From: Paramoeba atlantica
Lineage: Eukaryota > Protista > Discosea
DNA: 20,355 nt
Reading direction: 5' to 3'
Assembly (NCBI GenBank): GCA_977017575.1
Contig: CDRNVI010000125.1
Span: 1-20,355, forward strand
A model generated the notes under the pieces. It was given only the letters and a program-made list of their open reading frames with translations, was not told where the DNA came from and ran no database searches. The translations under genes and the position numbers were made by a program. Numbering within the stretch: the stretch's first letter is position 1; every line of letters begins with the position of its first letter. Of the stretch, positions 8,255 to 17,179 are shown in pieces.

Positions 8255-9445
8255 TTATATTATAGAAGATAAATACACTTTTCTAACATAACTCATTTTT
8301 ACACCACAAACACCATACCGCATAATTAAAATAAACTGATTATAACTTAAAGGAGAATTTATATTACTTGGTGAAATAGCACCAAATTGTTTAATAAACT
8401 TTTTATTTCTTAACTTTTTTTTATATCTCCCTGCATAACCTATTTTAAAACCTATAATACCTCTTTCATTTTTTAATTTATTATGTAATAAATAAGCATA
8501 ATGCTCTATTTTATAACCTACACGCAATCTTCATAAAATTAGCTTATATAAAGAATAAGTAGAATAATTTACTTCTTTTTTATCTATAAAATTAATTATA
8601 GGATTATTAACTTTAAAAATTTTTTTTATAAAAAACGATAAAAAATTTTTTAATATAAAAATAAATTTTTTATCTAAAGTTAAATAATTAGTATTTTTAA
8701 TATATTTTAATCTATTTAATCAACGATTAGTTGGAATTCTTAATAAATTAAATCATTTATATTTAAAAATAAAATTGTTTAATCTTTTATTATTTTTATA
8801 AATATAAATATTTTTATATTTATAAAAATATTTAAAATTATTAAAATTATTTATTGATTTTTTTTTTCATATATTTTTAAATATTTTCTTTCTATAAAAC
8901 CCTCTACAAGACTTATTATAAAATAAATAATATTTATTATTATGCATGTCTCAAAAAAAATAATTAAATCAAACATATTTTTTATTTTTATAAAAATTTT
9001 TTCTTTTACTATAAAAAAATTTACGTAAAAAATTTAATATATATTTTTTTTTTTTTTTTTCTTTTAAAAAATTATATTTTTTTTTTCTTTTTGACTGTTT
9101 ATACTTTAAAAAAGATTTAAATATATATTTTTTTGACTGATTATAATATTTTTTTAATTTATATTTTTTTGACTTAATATCATTAATTAAAAATTTATTA
9201 TCATCATTTAATAAATTTAAATTTATTATCATCATTTTATATGTTTTAATTATATTTAACGGTAATATTTCTAAATTTAACTTGTTTCAATTAATTATAA
9301 CTTTAATTCAATTATAAAATTTAATAATATTATAATCTTCTAAAAAAAATAATTTATAATTTTTTTTTGTAATATTATTTCAAGACGAAATTCAATATTT
9401 ACTTTTTGATAATCTATATGTTATTGGATTAACTAAATGTCCCAT
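8255..9445 (-). CDS. rps3: Mitochondrial ribosomal protein S3 (396 aa)
   Basis: Traced codon by codon as one frame under table 4, from MGHLVNPITYRLSKSKYWISSW (ATG 9445) through track ORF 8969..9235 to the C-terminal GFKIGYAGRY...YGVCGVKM. Confidence 0.9.
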
Positions 9446-9447
9446 AA

Positions 9448-9726
9448 TTATTTTTTCTTTTTCTTTATACGTTTCTTTTTCTTTTTATCTTTTATTAATA
9501 TATTTTTTGAAAAAAAAAAATAATTAATCATATAATTAACCATACTATCTATAATTTTAATTGGAATAAAATAACGACCATTATATACAGTTAATCTTTT
9601 ATTAATCATATAATTTTTTATTTTAAAACCTTTTACTTTTAACTTTAATCAAATAAATTTATCTATTTTTGAAAAATTTAAAAAATAAATAATATTTTTA
9701 ATATTTTTAATATTATTTAAATTCAT
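9448..9726 (-). CDS. rps19: Mitochondrial ribosomal protein S19
   Basis: Not in the track. Table-4 translation: MNLNNIKNIKNIIYFLNFSKIDKFIWLKLKVKGFKIKNYMINKRLTVYNGRYFIPIKIIDSMVNYMINYFFFSKNILIKDKKKKKRIKKKKK, with the VYNGRxFxPIxIxxxMV motif. Confidence 0.85.
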
Positions 9727-10455
9727 TTTTTTTTTTTTTCTTAGTTGTAGGTACAAATTTTAATACACGTCTTGTAAAATTTGGACAATCGACTCATGGA
9801 GAAGTTTTACCTCTACCACCACCATTAGGGTGATCTACACAATTTTTTGCTACACCTCTAACTGTTGATTTTTTACCTAATCTTATATTAACACCCGCTT
9901 TACCTTTTTTTATTAAATTATGCCCTCTATTTGATACAATACCTATCATAGCTTTATTATATTTAAAAATTAATTTTTCTAAACCAGAAGGAAATCTTAT
10001 TAAATAATAATTTTCATTTATTTGTGATATTAATAAACAAAAAGAACCTGCAGATCTAGCTACTTTACTTCCTTTTTTTTTTTTAATTCCATACAAGATA
10101 TAAAAGAACCAAATTTTATATTTACTAAAGGATATGTAGAACCAACAATTTTATCTACTGAATTTAAAACCATACCTTCTTTCAAACCTTCGGCTGCTAA
10201 AATATAAGATAAAAATCCATTTTTATAACATATTAAAGCTATATTTGCAGATCTATTAGGATCATACTCAATTCTTAATACCATTGCAGGTATATCAACG
10301 TAAGTTCTAAAAAAATCAATTAATCTATATTTCTTTTTAACTCTAGTTCCCTTTGATTTAACTGTTTTATGACCCATATTATTAACTCCTGCATAATTTT
10401 TTAAACCAAATGTTAAATATTTTATTGTTTTTGACTGTTTTTTCCTTTTTAACAT
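9713..10455 (-). CDS. rpl2: Mitochondrial ribosomal protein L2, apparent frameshift in the A12 run at 10073-10084
   Basis: N-half has IEYDPNRSANIALI and YILAAEGL; C-half has VARSAGSF and VRGVAKNCVDHPNGGG...SPW(TGA). The 3' end is uncertain. Confidence 0.92.
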
Positions 10456-10458
10456 ATA

Positions 10459-10878
10459 TTATTTTTTTCTTTTAAATCTAATATTAGTATAATTTGCTTC
10501 TATTAATCTATACATATCATTTTTTTTTTTTATAGATAAACCTTTATTATTATATACATCTATTAATTCATTTTGAATACGTTCTTGAAATTTTCGCTCA
10601 GTTCTAGAATTAATAGATCTAACTATTAATTTAACAGAATATGGTATAGAATCTTTTGATTTTAAAATATGTGGTATTAATAATTTTTTACCTCCTACTT
10701 TTTTAATATAACAAAACATTCTAATGAATATATTAGTTTCTATTTGTTTAAAAAAAGTATTTAAACAACCATATATTTTTTTTATATTAATAAAAATTTT
10801 CTCTAAACTTAATATAATTCGTTGTTTTTTTCCTTTTCTTATTAATAATTGTATTAAATATTTTATTCAATTATTCAT
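10459..10878 (-). CDS. rps7: Mitochondrial ribosomal protein S7
   Basis: ATG 10878 gives MNNWIKYLIQLLIRKGKKQR..., in frame with the track ORF (KKVGGKKLLIP...KKKNDMYRLIEAN); directly follows rps12. Confidence 0.88.
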
Positions 10879-11281
10879 CTTTTAAAATCTTTCCTTCCTT
10901 CTTTTTTTTTTTCAAACCATATTTAGAACGACTTTTATTTCGTTCTTCACGTTCTCAATTACTAAAATCATATTTTCCTTTTATCAATTTATAACGTACA
11001 CCTGGAATATCTCTAGCACGTCCTCCTCTAATCATAACAACTGAATATTTTTGTAAATTATGACCTTGACCTGGTATAACTGCTATTAATTTTTTACCTG
11101 TTGATAACCTTATTTTTGCTACTTTTCTTTTAGCGGAATTTGGTTTCTTTGGACTAACACTATTTCTAATTTCAATACAAACACCCTTTTTTTGTGGACA
11201 AGAATCTAACAAAAGAACTTTTGTACGTCTTTTTTTTTTTACTCTGCCTTTATTTCTTATTAATTGATTTAACGAAGCCAT
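10871..11281 (-). CDS. rps12: Mitochondrial ribosomal protein S12
   Basis: [32 protein letters not shown]. Reading TGA (10955-10957) as Trp recovers the conserved RSKYG. Confidence 0.97.
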
Positions 11282-11649
11282 AATTTATATTTAAATATTA
11301 TTAACGTATTAATAATTTTTTTTTCATAATTGAATTTCATTAATTCATTAAATAAATAATACTTTTTATTTAAATTTAATAACAAACTATTATTTATTTG
11401 TTCTAAAGTTCCTTTACTATATAATTTATTTTTATATCATAAAAATAATAATTCATCATTATTTAAAAGATTAGTAAAATAATCTTTAAAATATTTCTTA
11501 TTAATAATTAGAAAATATTTAATATTAACAAAAATTTTATATAATAAATTAATATTAGATAAATTCATTATGTTTAAATAAATTTGTTCAAAATTATTAA
11601 ACGATTTATATTGATTTACATAAAAAAAAGCTATAATATTATTATTCAT
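11269..11649 (-). CDS. Unidentified orf126, candidate divergent ribosomal protein L10
   Basis: 126-aa frame under table 4, tightly packed between rpl11 and rps12, the position of rplJ in the ancestral rplK-rplA-rplJ-rplL-rpoBC-rpsL order. Confidence 0.4.
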
Positions 11650-11655
11650 ATTTTT

Positions 11656-12111
11656 TTATATAATTTTATTAATTTGTAAATTTGATATAGAAAAAAAACT
11701 ATTTTTAAATCGCAATTTTATTCAATTTTGATTTAAATTATTATATAATTTAAATCAATAATAATTACGCAATATAACAATATCATATAGACTTCTTAAT
11801 GTAATTGAATTTTCCATAATATTTTTATTAGTTAAACTCATAATATTTCAAACCAATTTTAATAAAGTACTAAAAGAAGGTCCTTTTATTAAAAAAACAA
11901 ATGATTTATCAGTATATAAAAATAATCTAACATATATTAATAAATCTTCCGATCTATATATAAAAGTTTGTTTATTAAATTCATTACAAAATTCTTTGAT
12001 TTTCTCTCTATTCATATAAGGACTTAAATTAGGTCCTATATTTAAATTTTCAAAAGCGGCACCTCTAGAATTAATTCTTAAATTAAAAAATCGATTTAAT
12101 TTTTTTTGCAT
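11656..12111 (-). CDS. rpl11: Mitochondrial ribosomal protein L11
   Basis: GAA...IGPNLSPY...IKEFCNEFNKQT...SFVFLIKGPSFSTLLK matches the uL11 N-domain; extends through TGA codons to 151 aa. Confidence 0.88.
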
Positions 12112-12144
12112 ATATATAATATTTAATATTATATTAATATTTGA

Positions 12145-13329
12145 TTAACGATCAACCTCCCCAAAAACTATATCTAAAGTACCTATAATAGTAACAACGT
12201 CGGCTATCATATGTCCTTTTGATAATGTATCTAATAATTGTAAATGATTAAACCCTGGTGCTTTTATCTTACATCTTACCGGTCTATTTAATCCTCCCGA
12301 AACTAAAAAAACACCAAATTCCCCTTTAGGAGCTTCTATAGATCTATAAACATCATTAAAAGGTATATTAACACCTTCTGTAAATAATTTAAAATGATGT
12401 ATTAAAGATTCCATAGAAAACTTCATTAATGATCTTGAAGGTATAGTTAATTTATTATTGTAATTTGAAATAGGACCTTCTTTTAAATTATTTAAAAGTT
12501 GTAAAATTATTTTTAAACTCTCATGCATTTCTTTTAATCTAATTAAAAATCTATCAAAACAATCACCTTTATTTCCTATATAAGATTTAAAATCAACTTC
12601 ATTATATAATTCATAAGGTTCACTTTTTCTAATATCTCAAGGAATACCAGATCCTCTTAAAATAACTCCACTACAACCTCAAGTTTGTGCTTGATTATAA
12701 TCTAATATACCTACATCAACTAAACGTTGCTTTCATATTCTATTTCTATTTAATAATTCTTCCATTTCCATTAAAGAGTTAATAAAATTTTGTGTAAATT
12801 TATATAAATCATCACAAAAAGACATAGGTATATCTTGACTAATACCTCCTGGTCTTATATATGCTGCATGCATTCTAGCACCTGATACCCTTTCGTAAAA
12901 TTCCATTAATTTTTCACGTTCTTCAAAAAGTCATAAAAAAGGTGTCATCGCTCCAACATCTAACGCATGTGTAGTTAACCCTAAAATATGATTTAATATT
13001 CTAGTTATTTCACCAAAAATCATACGTATCATCTTTGCTCTTATAGGTACATTAGTAGAACTTAAAGTTTCTACAGCTAATGAATAACAATGTTCTTGAG
13101 CCATCATAGATACATAATCTAATCTATCAAAATAAGGTAAAGCTTGTATAAAAGTCTTATATTCTATTAATTTTTCAGTACCTCTATGTAATAATCCTAT
13201 ATGAGGATCAGCTCTTTCTATAATTTCACCATTTAATTCTAATATTAATCTTAAAACTCCATGAGCTGCTGGATGCTGTGGTCCAAAATTAATTGTAAAA
13301 GTTTTTATTTTTTTAAATATTTTATTCAC
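12145..13329 (-). CDS. nad7: NADH dehydrogenase subunit 7 (49 kDa), GTG start
   Basis: [50 protein letters not shown]. Four in-frame TGA at conserved Trp sites. 394 aa. Confidence 0.98.
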
Positions 13330-13333
13330 GTTT

Positions 13334-13924
13334 TTAAAGTATATATTTTTTATTTAATAAAGGATTAGTAAAACTATATGATCTCATATTTTGCATTAAT
13401 TCAATAGGCTCATAAATCAAATATTGTTTATCTTCATCATACCTTATTTCTAAATAACCATTTAAAGGAAAATCTTTACGAAACGGATAACCTTCAAAAC
13501 CATAATCGGTTAATATACGTCTTAAATCTTTATGACCCATGAAAAAAATACCATACATATCTCAAACTTCACGTTCTAACCAATCGGCACCTAAATAAAT
13601 ATCAGTAATAGATCTTATAACATCTAATTTATCACAAGATACAGAAATAATTAATCTAGAATTATAATCTATACTTAATAAATTATAATCAATTTCAAAA
13701 CGTTTAGCTCTATCAATAAAATCACTACAGCAAATATCAGTTATTACCTTATATCTTAAAAAAGTATGCTTATTAAAAATATTTAAAACAAAACCTAAAT
13801 AATCTTTTGATACTAATTTAATTTTAATAAATTCATCTGTTATTTTTATATGCGAAATATATTTAATTAGTAAATTTAATATATAATTTACAGCATAATT
13901 ATTACTATTTTTTTTTAATAACAT
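13334..13924 (-). CDS. nad9: NADH dehydrogenase subunit 9 (30 kDa)
   Basis: WLEREVW(TGA)DMYGIFF...[21 protein letters not shown]; two track ORFs join in frame; 196 aa. Confidence 0.97.
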
Positions 13925-13936
13925 ATTTTTTTTTAT

Positions 13937-14260
13937 TTATAATATATATAATTTATATTTTTTAATATTACTAATTTTATATTTTAAAAATAGATTAAAA
14001 GGTGAAGTAACAAAATATAATTGATTTAATCGTATATTTTTATACCTATAATATAATAAAAAACTTTCCATATTTAAATATTGTTTTTTATTAAAATTTA
14101 TAATTAATCCTTTAATATTACGTATATATACATTCTTATATAATCAATAAAAATACTTTAATTCAATAGATATATTATTATTTAATTTTTTTTTATATTC
14201 TATAGATAATAAACTTAAAAAAGAATTATCTAAATAATTTATAATTTTTTTCTTTTTCAT
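13937..14260 (-). CDS. rpl19: orf107, probable divergent ribosomal protein L19
   Basis: Not in the track. MKKKKIINYLDNSFLSLLSIEYKKKLNNNISIELKYFYWLYKNVYIRNIKGLIINFNKKQYLNMESFFIYYRYKNIRLNQLYFVTSPFNLFLKYKISNIKKYKLYIL. The ordered motifs IKGLII / ESFFIY / YFVTSP / KKYKLYIL parallel bL19 FEGVVI / SSFTVR / FPLHSP / RRAKLYYL. Confidence 0.62.
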
Positions 14261-14263
14261 TTA

Positions 14264-14845
14264 TTATTTTCTTCTTCTCTTTTTCTTTCTTATACCATTA
14301 TGAGCTTTTGATTTTATAAAATTAATAAATTTTAAATTATAAGGTGTAGTCTCAAATAATTCTTTTAAATTTCTCAAAATTTTACGAGTATAATATTTAT
14401 AAATTATATTTAATATGAATCATTTTTTCATATATAAATATTTAAAATCAATTTTTGAAGCTACAATTAATGAATTTAAAGCAAAATATGTTTTTTTTAA
14501 TGATTTTTTATAATAAAAACCACATGAAAAATTTTTTATTACATTACCATTAATATGCGAAAAATTTAAATAAGTATTTTTTCTAAATTTTAATATTAAA
14601 TTAATAGTACAAAATTTCAAAGATAACCAATCTAATTTTGAACCCTTTAAAAAATTTTTTAGTATATTAATAAATAAATATCTTTTTTTAAAAAAAGATA
14701 ATTTTGCTGCATATATATACTTGCTTTTTAATTTTATATTAAACCTTTTTTTATATAATCAAGTAACTGAAGGTAATTTAAATCTATTAATTTTTATTAA
14801 TTTAATTTTTCTATTTTTTATTAAACTTTCTTTTTTTTCAAACAT
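14264..14845 (-). CDS. rps11: Mitochondrial ribosomal protein S11 with long basic N-terminal extension
   Basis: GNVIKNFSCG...KKTYFA and the C-terminal KAHNGIRKKKRRRK (uS11 PHNGCR motif). First in-frame ATG after a TAA is 14845; a possible true start is 14935. Confidence 0.85.
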
Positions 14846-14962
14846 ATTTGTATTATTTCTTTCCTTAATTTTTCTATTTTTTTAAACTTTTTCTATTTTT
14901 TTAATTTTCTTTCTTTTTCTTTTTAATGATTCCATATATAATTAAATTTAATATAAGTTTTA

Positions 14963-15035
14963 TGTGGAGAATTGGGTTTGAACCAATGACCTAAAGCTTT
15001 TCAGGCTTTCGCTCTACCTACTGAGCTACCCCCAA
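14963..15035 (-). tRNA. trnF: Mitochondrial tRNA-Phe(GAA), U1:C72 mismatch
   Basis: AAAGC-CT-GAA-AA-GCTTT anticodon arm; acceptor TTGGGGG/TCTCCAC. Confidence 0.93.
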
Positions 15036-15068
15036 AAACTTTTTTTAATTACAAATTATTTTTTTATA

Positions 15069-15157
15069 AGGTAAGTATGGGATTCGAACCCATGATATTA
15101 TATGAATAATATATCGATTTAGCAGATCGACACCTTCAACCACTCGGTCAACTCACC
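15069..15157 (-). tRNA. trnS: Mitochondrial tRNA-Ser(GCU)
   Basis: TCGAT-CT-GCT-AA-ATCGA anticodon arm, long variable arm, fully paired acceptor GGTGAGT/ACTTACC. Confidence 0.93.
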
Positions 15158-15164
15158 TAAAATA

Positions 15165-15280
15165 TGATTTGTATTAATATAAATTATACACTCTTATAAA
15201 AAATTTTTACGAGAATATAATTTAATATATAATATTTTAAAGGGGTTCGATAAGCTTACCTTTAAAAAAATATAAATTTA
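15165..15280 (-). rRNA. Candidate divergent AU-rich mitochondrial 5S rRNA
   Basis: About 115-120 nt spacer after rns, holding the stem TTTAAAGG/CCTTTAAA around a loop containing AAGCTTATCGAAC (loop C-like CGAAC), plus a second imperfect hairpin at 15183-15221. Confidence 0.42.
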
Positions 15281-16808
15281 TTTTCCATCCAGCGGCAGGT
15301 TCCCCTACCACTACCATGTTACGACTTCACCCTGATTACTATCAATACATTCAAATTAAATAATTAATAATATTTTATTAAAAATTAATTATCTCCAATA
15401 GATTAAAAATAATTAATAAATATAAATTATTAATTATAATTTTTCCAATATTAACAACTTTCTTGGCGTGACGGGCAGTGTGTACTAGATTTGGATCCCA
15501 TTTCACCGAAACATTCTAATTTTCGATTACTGACGATTTCAACTTCATATTTTTATTTTCAAAAAATAATCCGAACTATAATAATCTTTATAATTTAAAT
15601 AAATTTCACAATTTATTTTTTTTTTGTAATTATTTTTGTAACACGTGTGTAGCCCAATTCATCAGGGCCATACCTACTTGACGTCCTCCTCTATTTCATT
15701 TAATATATAATTAATAATACAATATAATAAAATATAATAATATAACATATAATAATATAACATATAATAATATAATAATATATCATATATTTTATTATAT
15801 TGTAAGGATTACACTCGTTACAGGACCTAACCATACATATCACTACACGAGCTGACGACAGCCATGCGACACCTGCTTAAAAAAATTATATAAAGTTTAC
15901 TATATTTATTATAATTTTTTTCAATCTAGAATTGGTAAGATTTTATGCGTTATATCAGATTAAACCACATGTTCCACCGTTCGTACCAAATCTCAGCCAC
16001 TTTCTTTGAGTTCAAATCTTGCGATCATACTCCCCAGGCGGGATGCTTACGCGTTAGCTAAACCACAAAAATATTTCCTACAGTTAGCATCCATCGTTGT
16101 CTGTATGGACTACAAGGGTCTCTAATCCTCTTTGATACCCATACCTTCGTACTTTAGTGTCAGTATAAATCTAATATATAGCTTTCACCTTCTGATAGTC
16201 TCCATAGTATCATAAAATTTCACCTTTCCTCTATGAATACTATATATCTGAATAATACTCTTAGTTTACTAATATATAATTTATTCATTATTACTAATAA
16301 CGCCTTTAAAATTATATTATTAAAAAATAAACCACTTATCATACGCTTTACGCCCAGTAATGCTGAGTAACACCCGCATCCTCCGTATCACCGCGACTGC
16401 TGGCACGAAGTTAGTCGATGCTTATTCTTAAGTTTAACCTCATTATGCTCACTTAAACAAGAATTTTTTCAATAAATTGTCATAATTCAGGTAGTTTCGC
16501 TGAATCAAGCTTTCGCTCATTGTTCAATATTCCTCACTGCTGCCTCCTAATGGAACTTGGGCCTTTTCTCATTCCCAATGTGGTTGTACCTCCTTCTAAG
16601 ATCAACTAAGAATTATCGGCTTGTTAGTCTATTACACCTCCAACTACCTAAATCTTTATAAACCAGTTTATAATATAAACATAATTATAAGTCCCGTTTT
16701 TATATATTACTCACCCTTACGCCATTAATTTTAAATTTTAAATTTTAATTGACTAGCATGTGTTAAGCGAACTACTAGCATTTACTCAAAGCCAGAATAA
16801 AACATACA
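15281..16808 (-). rRNA. rns: Mitochondrial small subunit rRNA (ends approximate)
   Basis: Universal motifs on the plus strand: tgttacgactt, gacgggcagtgtgtac, acgagctgacgac, gtatcaccgcgactgctggcac, gccagaataaaac. The 3' end reads GGAUGGAAAA with no anti-SD. Confidence 0.97.
15737..15777. repeat. 15-bp tandem repeat (ataatataacatata) x2 plus partial, inside an AT-only rns expansion
   Basis: Copies at 15737-15751 and 15752-15766, partial copy from 15767. Confidence 0.7.
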
Positions 16809-16875
16809 AGTATTTATATATAATATATTATATATTATATAATTTACATAAATTTTTTCCTTTTTTTTTATATTA

Positions 16876-16964
16876 AGATTATGGTGGGATTCGAACCCAC
16901 GGTATAATTAAAATTATACGATCCTTTTCAAGAGGATTACTTTAAACCACTCAGCCACATAAAC
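16876..16964 (-). tRNA. trnS: Mitochondrial tRNA-Ser(UGA), U2:U71 mismatch
   Basis: ATCCT-CT-TGA-AA-AGGAT anticodon arm, long variable arm; acceptor GTTTATG/CATAATC. Confidence 0.93.
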
Positions 16965-16978
16965 TTATTTTTATACAA

Positions 16979-17051
16979 CGACCTGGGCAGGATTCGAACC
17001 TACATCTGATTGGTTAACAGCCAATTATTTTACCATTGAAACTACCAAGTA
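16979..17051 (-). tRNA. trnN: Mitochondrial tRNA-Asn(GUU), U1:C72 mismatch
   Basis: ATTGG-CT-GTT-AA-CCAAT anticodon arm; acceptor TACTTGG/CCAGGTC. Confidence 0.93.
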
Positions 17052-17065
17052 TTGTTTTACAAATT

Positions 17066-17124
17066 ACAAACTTTAATTTAAAGTTTGTTGTTTTATTACA
17101 TATAATATTTTCAAAATATTATAT
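17066..17124. repeat. Two adjacent perfect inverted repeats downstream of rnl
   Basis: ACAAACTTTA-ATT-TAAAGTTTGT (17066-17088) and ATATAATATTTT-C-AAAATATTATAT (17100-17124). Confidence 0.7.
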
Positions 17125-17179
17125 ATTTTATTTTTTCTTATATAGAAATTTTTTTTCTTTTTTCTTTTTTCTTTTTATA

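Noticed and set aside
5686-14620. Fragmented r-protein and nad ORFs read as pseudogenes or split genes
   Set aside because: All but rpl2 join in frame once TGA is read as Trp.
16816-16835. 20-bp perfect palindrome upstream of rns
   Set aside because: Made only of alternating A/T; readily expected by chance at this composition.
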